Shown one piece after another: positions 1 to 8,538 of a stretch of DNA of 32,000 bases (its first letter is position 1; each line of letters begins with the position of its first letter). Origin of the DNA: an uncultured Lentisphaeria bacterium. Its GTDB lineage: Bacteria; Verrucomicrobiota; Lentisphaeria; JABSQK01; JAJFLO01. Location of the stretch: the NCBI GenBank assembly GCA_951812855.1, contig OX638337.1, positions 90,001 through 122,000 of the forward strand, read 5' to 3'. The position numbers were made by a program, and so were the translations under genes. Under the pieces are notes generated by a model. It did no database searches. It had not been told where the DNA came from and saw only the letters and a list, made by a program, of their open reading frames with translations.

Positions 1-1
1 A

Positions 2-403
2 TTCGCAGTAAACTTTCATGCTGCATTGCTCTTGTCGAAAGGTTTTGCAAATCAAGGCTGGAATAGTAAATCCGGAAAAATCATAAATATTGTTGATGCA
101 AGAATATTCCGTCATGAATCAGATCATCTGGGATATTGTTTATCGAAAAAATGTTTATGGGAGCTTACCACTATACTTGCACTTGAATTGGCACCGAGTA
201 TCACTGTAAATGCACTTGCCCCCGGTGCAATTTTACCACCGCCGGGAAAAGATGAAACTTATCTGAAACGAATTTCCAGTAATCGAATCCCCTTGATGAA
301 AAATGGGAACGTTGATGATGTGACCCGTGGAATATTGTATCTGCTGGAGAATGATTTCATTACTGGCGAAACGATAAAAATTGATGGTGGGGAATACCTC
401 TAA
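2..403 (+). CDS. Short-chain dehydrogenase/reductase (SDR) family oxidoreductase, C-terminal part; the 5' end lies left of the window
   Basis: The frame is open from nt 2, with no stop before the listed Met at 26. The product has the SDR catalytic YxxxK (GYCLSKK), the conserved segment ITVNALAPGAI, and a ...ITGETIKIDGG tail typical of classical SDRs. It ends 46 nt upstream of folB. Confidence 0.75.
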   Translation, partial: FAVNFHAALLLSKGFANQGWNSKSGKIINIVDARIFRHESDHLGYCLSKKCLWELTTILALELAPSITVNALAPGAILPPPGKDETYLKRISSNRIPLMKNGNVDDVTRGILYLLENDFITGETIKIDGGEYL

Positions 404-449
404 CCATGTCAAATTTTACTGATTACCGCGTTAACATAATTTTGGTATA

Positions 450-830
450 ATGGATAAAATAATAATTAAAAATTTACTGTTAAGAGGAATTCTGGGAATT
501 AATCCGGAAGAACGTATAAAAAAACAGGATATACTTATCAACGTTACTTTGTTTACAGATATAACAAAAGCTGCTCAATCAGATGACGCAGATCATGCTG
601 TTAATTATAAATCTGTAAAAAGCACAATCATTGAGCACGTGGAAGAATCTTCAGATTTTCTGATCGAGAAATTGATTAGTGATTTAGCCGGAATACTGCT
701 GACAGACTTTTCAGGTGTTGAAAGAGTAATTCTAAAGGTTGAAAAACCGGGAGCATTAAGATTCGCAGAAACTGTTGGAATCGAAATAGAACGTGCACGC
801 AGTGATTTTGCATCTGGCAAGAAGTGTTGA
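450..830 (+). CDS. folB: Dihydroneopterin aldolase
   Basis: 126 aa, the right size for the family. Family-like segments: ILGINPEERIKKQDILINV, DHAVNYKSV, LIEKLISDLA, VILKVEKPGAL. Followed by folK on the same strand. Confidence 0.85.
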   Translation: MDKIIIKNLLLRGILGINPEERIKKQDILINVTLFTDITKAAQSDDADHAVNYKSVKSTIIEHVEESSDFLIEKLISDLAGILLTDFSGVERVILKVEKPGALRFAETVGIEIERARSDFASGKKC

Positions 831-848
831 AACATATAGTATGTTTCA
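828..848. other. Perfect 9-bp stem / 3-nt loop hairpin (TGAAACATA-tag-TATGTTTCA) that includes the folB stop codon
   Basis: The two arms, 828-836 and 840-848, are exact reverse complements. There is no U/T tract on either side, so this is not a canonical intrinsic terminator. Confidence 0.3.
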
Positions 849-994
849 GGTAAAAATGATAGAGTCCGTTATATTCAATGCGGTTTAGGTTTTGTTCTTG
901 CGTGTTTTATATCGTTCTATCACTTTGAAATGTCATTTTCTCAAAATCTGCGTTTCAAAATTTTATTGAACCTCAGTTATAATATCATTAACGA

Positions 995-1534
995 ATGAAC
1001 ACTGTTTACATACTGCTTGGATCTAATGTTAATAAAGAAGAAAATATTGTAAAAGCAGTATCATTAATTGGGGAAATGTGCCGAATTAGGAGAGTTTCCT
1101 CAGTTTATGAAACATCTCCGGCGGGAATGACAGATCAGCCAGATTTTTTTAATATGATCGTTAACCTGGAAACAAAATTCAATGCACAGACATTTAAAAC
1201 CGAAGTATTGGCTGTTATTGAAAATAAACTGGGGCGTAAACGTATTGAAAATGTAAAAAATGCACCGCGAACAATTGATGCAGACATTATTCTGTTTAAT
1301 ACAGATGTATTCGATTATGATTCCAATCATCACATTCCGGATCCCGATTTATTAAAATATCTACACATTGTAATTCCAATGGCCGAGCTTGATCCTGAAC
1401 TAAAACATCCGGAGACAGGTGAATCTATGGAGGCAATCCGTACTCGATTGGCCGATAAAAATATCTTAGAAAACGATTCAAAAAATGCAGTGGTCAAACG
1501 TCCTGATGTCAAAGTTCAAAATTTTATTGATTAA
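995..1534 (+). CDS. folK: 2-amino-4-hydroxy-6-hydroxymethyldihydropteridine pyrophosphokinase (HPPK)
   Basis: HPPK hallmarks: VYILLGSN near the N-terminus, SSVYETSPAG, QPDFFNMIV, LGRKR, PRTIDADIILF, and IPDPDL before the C-terminal segment. Adjacent to folB. Confidence 0.9.
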   Translation: MNTVYILLGSNVNKEENIVKAVSLIGEMCRIRRVSSVYETSPAGMTDQPDFFNMIVNLETKFNAQTFKTEVLAVIENKLGRKRIENVKNAPRTIDADIILFNTDVFDYDSNHHIPDPDLLKYLHIVIPMAELDPELKHPETGESMEAIRTRLADKNILENDSKNAVVKRPDVKVQNFID

Positions 1535-1674
1535 ATTATTAATGGAATCAAATTGATAACTATTCTAAAGCTGCACTAATAGAATTAAATTCAGTGAAAA
1601 CAGGATCCGGATGGTGCGGTTCAACCCTTTATAAATACGATTCCCCGCTGAAGCTGTCTTGACAAACTGTTGGA

Positions 1675-2604
1675 TTAATTAATTTCCACTCCCCCTATAA
1701 TATCATTGATATCTTTTATATCATAATCATTCAGGTAGTCTGCGATACCTTGAATGACCTTAATCGGTGTTTGCGGATCTGAAAAAATCGCTGTTCCGAC
1801 CGCGACGGCTGTTGCACCTGCCAGAAGAAACTCAATGGCATCCGCAGCAGAAAAAATACCGCCCATCCCGATGATGGGTACATCAACAGCCTGCGATACT
1901 TCATAAATCATTTTAATTGAAATCGGTTTAATTCCCGGACCGCTGAGTCCGCCAAAATTTGCAGCAATTTTGGGCTTGCGTGTATAAATATCAATCGCCA
2001 TTGAGGGGAAGGTATTTATCAATGACACCATATCCGACCCGTTATCTACGACACATCGGGCAAAGTCAGCAATATTATTGACATTCGGACTGAGTTTTGT
2101 AATCAGCGGTATGTCGGTTGCCTGCCTAACCGCGTTGACGACCTTTCCGGCTAATTCCAGACTGGTTCCAAATGACATCCCTCCTTCTTTGATATTCGGG
2201 CATGAAATATTTATTTCAAGACCGGCAATTCCCTCCCGCTCAGCCTGAAGCCGGGATGCAACTTCGGCATAATCTTCCATCGTTTTTCCCCAAATATTGA
2301 CGTAAACAGCAGTATCCAATGTCCGTAAAAAAGGCAGATAATCCGGATGAGCGATGAATTTATCAATTCCGGGATTTTGAAGTCCAATTGAATTTATCAT
2401 TCCAAAATCAACTTCTGATGTACGCGGAGTATTATTGCCGTGTGACGGAAACGGTGAGACACCCTTGACCGTAATACCACCGAGCTGTTCAAACCGGACT
2501 AATCCGGAATACTCTTTTCCATATCCGAAGGTGCCGGATGCCGTAACAACCGGATTACGTAATTTTCGGTCACACAGCTGTACACTTAAATCCGGTTTCG
2601 ACAT
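1675..2604 (-). CDS. pyrD: Dihydroorotate dehydrogenase, class 1 (catalytic Cys type)
   Basis: 309 aa. Motifs: NPVVTASGTFGYG, MINSIGLQNPG, NISCPN (class-1 active-site Cys), GGLSGPGIKPI, IIGMGGI. The start is 8 nt downstream of the rhomboid gene stop on the same strand. Confidence 0.9.
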   Translation of the reverse strand: MSKPDLSVQLCDRKLRNPVVTASGTFGYGKEYSGLVRFEQLGGITVKGVSPFPSHGNNTPRTSEVDFGMINSIGLQNPGIDKFIAHPDYLPFLRTLDTAVYVNIWGKTMEDYAEVASRLQAEREGIAGLEINISCPNIKEGGMSFGTSLELAGKVVNAVRQATDIPLITKLSPNVNNIADFARCVVDNGSDMVSLINTFPSMAIDIYTRKPKIAANFGGLSGPGIKPISIKMIYEVSQAVDVPIIGMGGIFSAADAIEFLLAGATAVAVGTAIFSDPQTPIKVIQGIADYLNDYDIKDINDIIGGVEIN

Positions 2605-2611
2605 TGGACCA

Positions 2612-3529
2612 CTACTTCCTGTTTTTCAGTTTCTCACGGGTGCGGTCAAGAAGCTGTTGCTCTCTGCTGGTCAAGCTTTTTATTCCAAATTTACCAATCT
2701 TATCCAGAATCGGATCGATTTTGGCATTGATTGATTCTTCATCATCCAACTCGTCCTCGTCGGTTACAAATTGAAGGTCCGGACCGCCGGACTTCGGTAT
2801 TTGGCTAAACATTTTTTTTATGTTTGATAAATAAGAAGAAAATGAATTCCCGCCTGCTGATTGCATAGACGGCTGACTTGACCGTAAATATTTTCTTACA
2901 AAATAGTAACCACCAAACAATCCTCCCAAATGAGCAAGATAAGCAATATTTGAATTTGATTGATTTAACATCAGGATTTGTATAATTCCCAAACAAATGA
3001 CCAGTGTTTTCAATCTCAATACGACTGGCGGGAAAATTAATAATATCTGCATGTCAGGAAAAAATAATGCTGCTGCAGCCATAACACCGAATATTGCCCC
3101 GCTGGCACCAACCAGATACGATATTGAACCAGGATTAAATATCAGCCAGCCGGCAGCCCCTATGAATCCGCTCAGGAAATATAATTTCATGAATTCAAAA
3201 GAACCGATCCGATTCTCTACCGGTTTACCAAATATATACAAAGACCACATATTAAAAAAGAGATGCATTAAATCACCATGAACAAACATGTAGGTCCCGA
3301 ATCGCCATACTTCAGGCAGTTGCTTAACGCTCAACCAAAGGTATGAGGTTAATCCACCCACGGTATACCCTGTTGTATACTGAGTTTGAACTTCCAATGT
3401 CAAATACTGAATAAAATATACAATAACATTAATGATAATGAGTTTCTTGACTGCGGATGATCCACCCCGGCCTGACATATATCCCGAACCGGACCAATCA
3501 TCTCTCATATATTCCCTGTCACCAAGCAT
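2612..3529 (-). CDS. Rhomboid family intramembrane serine protease with an acidic C-terminal extension
   Basis: Multi-TM protein with the rhomboid catalytic GASGAIFG (GxSG) and a downstream AHLGG histidine; HGDLMHLFFNMW precedes them. The C-terminal ~70 aa (DEDELDDEE...ILDKIGKFGIKSLTSREQQLL) lie outside the membrane core. The start codon is uncertain (Met1 or Met8). Confidence 0.85.
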   Translation of the reverse strand: MLGDREYMRDDWSGSGYMSGRGGSSAVKKLIIINVIVYFIQYLTLEVQTQYTTGYTVGGLTSYLWLSVKQLPEVWRFGTYMFVHGDLMHLFFNMWSLYIFGKPVENRIGSFEFMKLYFLSGFIGAAGWLIFNPGSISYLVGASGAIFGVMAAAALFFPDMQILLIFPPVVLRLKTLVICLGIIQILMLNQSNSNIAYLAHLGGLFGGYYFVRKYLRSSQPSMQSAGGNSFSSYLSNIKKMFSQIPKSGGPDLQFVTDEDELDDEESINAKIDPILDKIGKFGIKSLTSREQQLLDRTREKLKNRK

Positions 3530-4071
3530 TTATTGACTTCCAATGTCATATTAATATGTTGTGTAAATTCCATTACAGCATGAGCATTATCGAATCGATA
3601 ATGTGAACCCGACTCATTTAAAAATAAACTATGTTTACTGTAATCAATTAAGCAAATCGTCCCTGCCAGTGTTATGAATACCGTCACCGGGAACGCGTTT
3701 GAGGCCAAAGGCGAAATTTTTTTTAAAATTTCAATTTAAACGGCATTTAACTCACAGCGTTATCGCTATATGACCATTATTATAGATGAAAGTTTTTTTC
3801 TTTAATAATAAATAATCAGGACAATCTGTGTGAAAAGTAATATTATCGAACAAATAGTGATTTTCAGATTCTTATTTCTCTCAGTTTTAATTATCTGTGC
3901 AGAAGATGTCTGAGAGACTGCCGATGATGTGCCACAACTTTTTTTGATGCTTTAACAAAAATAAACAAAGCAAAAACGTTGATGAACCGATCACAAACAC
4001 AACTAAAAATAGTACCGATATCAAGCGGGTCAATTTCAAACCGACAATCTCTGCCATACTAAAGGGTGTAA

Positions 4072-4329
4072 AAACATCCTTTAAATGCCGAGATCCACCA
4101 CAATCCCGGTGTCATTTACAGTTTAACTGGTAATCTAAGTAAGGCAGAAATACATTTAAGGAAATCGTTTTCAATAAACAAAAACGATGAAAATACTGTA
4201 TTTAAAATTGTAATATTGTTAGCGGCTCAGGAACCATCCGAAATTAAAAAAGCTAAAGAATGGTACCGCAAAGCAATCCGGCTGGGTGCTGTCAGAGATA
4301 AAGACTTAGAACGATATTTCTTCAAATAA
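4072..4329 (+). pseudogene. Remnant of a TPR/Sel1-like repeat protein; no start codon, with stops immediately upstream
   Basis: My own translation of frame 1 gives ...NAEIHHNPGVIYSLTGNLSKAEIHLRKSFSINKNDENTVFKIVILLAAQEPSEIKKAKEWYRKAIRLGAVRDKDLERYFFK*. It has no ATG/GTG/TTG giving a sizeable ORF and is preceded by two in-frame TAA codons (4060-4062, 4069-4071). A signal-peptide-like ORF starting at GTG 3830 (VKSNIIEQIVIFRFLFLSVLIICAEDV*) lies upstream in another frame and may be the original 5' end. Confidence 0.4.
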
Positions 4330-4455
4330 TTTGAAACTTTTTAATACTGTTACGTTCAAAACGTCATCGAGATATACACGAACCATTTGAGTTTTATATA
4401 AGTAGAATAAGCAATCAACTGTTCATAAAGAAATAAAACACAGAAGGAAAATTTA

Positions 4456-6663
4456 ATGAATAATATTTATCGTTCTATACAATCATCTTTCAAATGGTTA
4501 TGTGTTGGGTTTGTATTCCTTAACAGTCTAAATCATTTATGTGCCCAGCCAATTTCATCTGCAGAATTACCAACACTTGCCCCCACGAATTTAGACATGT
4601 ATATCACCAGGGTAACGGTTCGCCTGATGCTAAAACAGCATTATATGAATAAGAAGCTTGATGACAAATTTTCAGAAATGCTCTTTAAAGAGTATTTTGA
4701 ACGGCTTGATCCGAATCATTATTATTTTTTGCAGGAGGATCTGGACAATTATATTAAGAATAAAACCTTGCTGGATGATTACTTAGCCATAGGAAATTTG
4801 GAATTCGCCTTTAGCGTTTACAACCTGTACTTAAAACGAATTAGAGATCGCGTGGAGTTTGTTAAGAAAGCCGTTAATGAGTCGTTTGATTTCGATACGG
4901 ATGAAAAAATTATTATCGATCGAACCGAATTGCCCTGGGCAGAAGATGTCGGGGAATTAAATGATATTTGGCGAAAGCGGATAAAAAATCATTTACTTGT
5001 AAATAAATTCCTGATTGATTCAAAAGAAGATAAGGGCGAAGAGAAAAATAACTTTGAGACGAAGCCGCTTACTTCTGAAGAAAGGGTCGTAAAAAAGTAC
5101 ACGCAATATTATTCATACTTTTCTGAAAATGATAATGCTGATGTTATGGAATATTTTCTCTCGGCAGTACTTTATATATTTGATCCTCATTCCAGTTATT
5201 TGAACTGGCGATCTCTGGAAGACTTTAATATTGCCATGAAATTGTCACTGCAGGGGATTGGAGCCACTCTGAAATACGTTGATGGATATACAGAGGTTGT
5301 CAATTTGATTGCAGGCGGTCCGGCAGAACGGGATGGTCGATTGCAGCCCGGTGACAGGATTATTGCAGTTGCACAAGGTTCTGAATCCCCAATTGATGTT
5401 GTTGATATGCCGTTAAATAAAGTCGTCAGAAAAATTCGTGGAACAAAAGATACAGAAGTGCGCCTCACGGTAATAAAATCACTTCATGGAGCACCATCAG
5501 TTATAAATTTAATTCGTGACAAAGTAAAGTTAAAGGATCAGGAAGCAAAAGGCCGAGTTGAAAAATTTAAGGTTGATAACAAACTCACACTGAATTTAGG
5601 TGTGATTGATATCCCGTCGTTTTACGCTGACTTCGAAGGGCTTAAAAACAGGAAAAAAGATGCAAAAAGTACATCCTCAGATGTTAAGAAAATTATCGAT
5701 GGCATGATTAAAAATGACAATATTGACGGTGTGCTAATCGATTTACGTTCAAATGGCGGCGGCAGTTTAGAGGAAGCAATCAATCTGACAGGCTTATTTA
5801 TCCCTGAAGGCCCCGTGGTTCAAGTCCGAAGTCGTCAGGGTGTCAAGGTGCGCGGAGACAATGATGACGGTTTTTCATATGATTTGCCTTTGGTTGTTTT
5901 AGTCAATAAATCCAGTGCATCTGCCTCTGAGATTTTTTCCGGAGCAATCCAGGATTATGATCGCGGCATTGTGGTCGGCGATATAAATACCCATGGGAAA
6001 GGAACAGTCCAGACTATACTGAAATTAAACCGGATAAAGATGTTAAAAGATAAAAAATCTGGGGCAATGAAATATACAATGGCAAAATTTTACCGGGTAA
6101 CCGGTGCGTCGACTCAGAAAAAAGGCGTGACGCCATCCATAATATTCCCATCGTTTTTAGATCATATGGAAATAGGAGAATCCCACCTTAAACATGTGAT
6201 GCCCTGGGATGAAATAAAACCATTACCCGTAGAAAAGGAAATTAATATTTCGAATTATATCGATAGAATAAAGAAAAATGCGACAACACGTTTAGAAAAA
6301 AATAAAAAATTTCAAGAGTTACGAAACGATATTGAGAAATACGGCATTAGGAAAAAAGAAAAATCAATTTCTCTCAATAAGGACAAACGACTGGCGATGA
6401 AAAAAGAAGACGAATATTGGGCTGAACGAAGCAAATCAATATTAGGTAAAAGGAATAAGGATAAAAAGGGCAAAAAAAATAAAAATAAAGATAAGACTGA
6501 CAAGACAGATATATATTTAAAGCAGACCTTATTTATTCTTGCAGATTTAATCGAAGCCAGGGAAAATAAAGGTTCCATTACAGCCGTATCAAGTTCGAAA
6601 ACTCCATTAAATAATAATACGTTGAATTCAAATGTTGATACTGTAAATAAAGGCACCTATTGA
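4456..6663 (+). CDS. prc: Tail-specific / carboxy-terminal processing protease (peptidase S41) with a PDZ domain and a Lys-rich tail
   Basis: 735 aa with an N-terminal signal-like hydrophobic segment. PDZ-like segment: LQGIGATL...GGPAERDGRLQPGDRIIAV. S41 catalytic region: DLRSNGGGSLEEA, LVNKSSASASEIFSGAIQDY, HGKGTVQT. AAGGA lies 7 nt upstream of the ATG. Confidence 0.9.
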   Translation: MNNIYRSIQSSFKWLCVGFVFLNSLNHLCAQPISSAELPTLAPTNLDMYITRVTVRLMLKQHYMNKKLDDKFSEMLFKEYFERLDPNHYYFLQEDLDNYIKNKTLLDDYLAIGNLEFAFSVYNLYLKRIRDRVEFVKKAVNESFDFDTDEKIIIDRTELPWAEDVGELNDIWRKRIKNHLLVNKFLIDSKEDKGEEKNNFETKPLTSEERVVKKYTQYYSYFSENDNADVMEYFLSAVLYIFDPHSSYLNWRSLEDFNIAMKLSLQGIGATLKYVDGYTEVVNLIAGGPAERDGRLQPGDRIIAVAQGSESPIDVVDMPLNKVVRKIRGTKDTEVRLTVIKSLHGAPSVINLIRDKVKLKDQEAKGRVEKFKVDNKLTLNLGVIDIPSFYADFEGLKNRKKDAKSTSSDVKKIIDGMIKNDNIDGVLIDLRSNGGGSLEEAINLTGLFIPEGPVVQVRSRQGVKVRGDNDDGFSYDLPLVVLVNKSSASASEIFSGAIQDYDRGIVVGDINTHGKGTVQTILKLNRIKMLKDKKSGAMKYTMAKFYRVTGASTQKKGVTPSIIFPSFLDHMEIGESHLKHVMPWDEIKPLPVEKEINISNYIDRIKKNATTRLEKNKKFQELRNDIEKYGIRKKEKSISLNKDKRLAMKKEDEYWAERSKSILGKRNKDKKGKKNKNKDKTDKTDIYLKQTLFILADLIEARENKGSITAVSSSKTPLNNNTLNSNVDTVNKGTY

Positions 6664-6785
6664 TTTTATCGAAAGTTTTGACGCTACATTATCATCAATG
6701 AATTCTAAAGAAAACACTGATATTAAAGCAGCATCAAATGCTTCTCAGGGAAGTATAGATAACCTGAAAACGAGCATTAACAGCA

Positions 6786-7139
6786 TTGGTGCGAAACTTC
6801 GGAAAATTGATCTTTTCAACCTTGATGTGTCTGTTTTCAACACGTGCCACACAGTCCAGTGTAAACTCTTTACAGGATAAAATTATTCATTTACAGTTTG
6901 AGACAGGTACTCCTGGTTTTTTATTAAAGATAAAAATTGAAGAAGCGTTGAGGAGTAAAAAAAAAAATGGGCTGTCCATTTTTTACCTGCCACAAAAATA
7001 CGGTGAATATTTATTCGCTGCTGGAAACTATAAAAATGCTTTTGCCAGATATAGTCAATCTTATAGAAATCTAATCAACCCGAGAAAAGTAAGGATATTA
7101 TGTAAAAAATCCTTAGGTCTTCAAATAAAAATTAAGTGA
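6786..7139 (+). CDS. Hypothetical protein, possibly the 3' part of a frameshifted 6698-7139 gene
   Basis: ORF only, with no family recognised. It overlaps ORF 6698-6880, which is in another frame, and contains an A11 tract (6957-6967). A weak TPR-like segment is present (GEYLFAAGNYKNAFARYSQSY). Confidence 0.25.
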   Translation: MVRNFGKLIFSTLMCLFSTRATQSSVNSLQDKIIHLQFETGTPGFLLKIKIEEALRSKKKNGLSIFYLPQKYGEYLFAAGNYKNAFARYSQSYRNLINPRKVRILCKKSLGLQIKIK

Positions 7140-7144
7140 GATAT

Positions 7145-8245
7145 TCAAGACGAGACCCATTCACTAATCAGAAAAAATAAAAGTAAAATATGGCAAATGA
7201 ATACGATAAACGGTTGGTTTTCAATTTTCCGAACATTGGGATACTCCAAACTACCCGGACTGCCGATTATAAAATATAAAAAAACTCCCCCAATCAAACT
7301 CCATAACGCGATGACTGTCGAAAAGAAATCGGGTATAATACCGGATTTTTCCTTTATCGCCCCCCTTCAATCAGGAAAAGAAACAGGACAATATCGCCAC
7401 TCCCAAAACCGCCTGGAATCCCTGGAACTGCTGTGATTGTATTTGCCGTTTGGGGTGATAAACAATAATGCTTCAAACTTATTTTATTTTCATGAAACCC
7501 TTTACCAACGCCGTATACACATAAGGGCAGTGAAAGATGAACAGCTGCCGATCACAGAAGCGCATAAAACACAACACCAATATTATTTTTGTACAAGTCA
7601 AGAGCAGAAACGAGTTTAAGTATAATTTTATCGACCTTTTCAGGTAAAATTTTCTTTAAGAACATCGTGATTCTGTTAAATATTCCAATATGCTGCAGCT
7701 TTTTTCGATAATAAATGATAAAAAAAACCGATAATACCAGCAAAACTTCCACTTCCGATCAGGTAAAAACTAAATCGAATTTGGGGTGAGATGCTGTTTA
7801 AAAAGTCTAACGAAAATAAAATTGCCACGAAAACGACGAGGAATAATCCGAACAACCCGATAATCCGGTCAAGCATAACAGTCAATACCGCCTCGGTTGT
7901 TTTTCCAGAACTGTGTGACGATATATAGTACATTTTACATAGGTCTTCACCGACGGTTCCAGGGATGACCAAATTAAAAAATATTCCAATCATATTCAGG
8001 CGTAATAACGTAAAAAAATTTAGTTTTATACCCTGTACATCTAAAAGAAGCTTCCAGCGAAAAATGCCAAGCACAAGTACTACTCCGCCACAGCCTAAAA
8101 ATACGAAAAAAAGATACTCCTTTTGACAATCCCTGAATTCTGTATCAATATCAACACCACTGTAATTCAAAATTGAATTGATTAAGAACACGGCAAGCCC
8201 AATCCCAATAACAGCTCGAATTGATGTTTTTATTGAATTTTTCAT
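7145..8245 (-). pseudogene. Flippase-like / lysylphosphatidylglycerol-synthase-TM-region family (UPF0104-type) membrane protein, disrupted by two frameshifts and an in-frame stop
   Basis: ORF 8245-7676 carries the family N-terminus (FRWKLLLDVQGIKLNFFTLLRLNMIGIFFNLVIPGTVGEDLCKMYY). Its continuation (IIYYRKKL...KILPEKVDKIILKLVSALDLYKNNIGVVFYALL) is in another frame; the switch is at the A8/T8 run at 7720-7727. A TGA at 7552-7554 is followed in the same frame by family-like sequence (...TITAVPGIPGGFGSGDIVLFLF). A further frame change at the C6/G6 run at 7360-7365 is needed to reach the hydrophobic C-terminus (stop at 7145-7147). The combined length of ~366 codons fits the family. Confidence 0.6.
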
Positions 8246-8538
8246 TTTATATCAAATTATTCTTAATAATTGTATCTGCGTCATTGCATTTTCTAACTAA
8301 ATTTAAGATAGACTTACGCATTCAGAAAAGCTCCTGGACTTCCCAGTATTTCAAATTCGATACGATAATATTTTTAAAATGGCAGGGTTACATAAAAAAA
8401 ATTGTAACAATATTAAAAACCGTTGTTGAATATCCATTCGACGAGCGTATCATTAGAATCTATTGAGAGGGCGGGTTTCGAAAATCAATCATCTATTATT
8501 AAATTTCAACTGTTTCCCACTTAATCGGGAGGGTGCGA

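Noticed and set aside
1610-1635. GGTGCGGTTCAACCC, which resembles a tRNA T-arm (GGTTCRA).
   Set aside because: The flanking bases do not form a T-stem, and no acceptor, D or anticodon arms can be built around it. No tRNA is called anywhere in the window.
3505-3708. 67-aa minus-strand ORF (TTG start) overlapping the rhomboid gene start by 25 nt.
   Set aside because: It has no recognisable motif, an atypical start codon, and overlaps the downstream gene. It may be real or a remnant, but I cannot support a call.
3897-4067. Unlisted 56-codon minus-strand ORF (MAEIVGLKLTRLISVLFLVVFVIGSSTF...) that looks like a small membrane protein.
   Set aside because: It lies opposite the TPR/Sel1-like debris in an AT-rich spacer. 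Hydrophobic-looking peptides are expected by chance from T-rich codons, and there is no supporting signal.
6400-6520. Lys/Asn/Asp-rich low-complexity stretch in the prc C-terminal region (KRNKDKKGKKNKNKDKTDKTD), built from A-rich repeats.
   Set aside because: It is in frame within an otherwise intact protease and typical of AT-biased genomes. There is no evidence of a separate element or function.
7552-7554. An in-frame TGA inside family-like coding sequence. Could this signal an alternative genetic code (TGA read as Trp or Gly)?
   Set aside because: TGA terminates several conserved genes at the expected lengths (folB 828-830, prc 6661-6663, the sigma gene 9754-9756, pgi 24485-24487). No intact conserved gene needs TGA read-through. 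The gene carrying it also has two frameshifts. A nonsense mutation in a pseudogene is the simpler explanation.
7197-7619. Plus-strand ORFs 7197-7436 and 7437-7619.
   Set aside because: They lie antisense to the C-terminal part of the flippase-like pseudogene, where the minus strand gives family-like sequence. I treat them as shadows.
8426-8453. Sigma-70-like promoter match TTGAAT-n16-TATCAT, ~85 nt upstream of the sigma gene start. A similar match, TTGACA-n17-ATAAAG, lies on the minus strand at 27879-27851, upstream of fumC.
   Set aside because: Hexamer matches of this quality are expected by chance in AT-rich intergenic DNA, and the promoter consensus of this organism is unknown. They are not reported as features.
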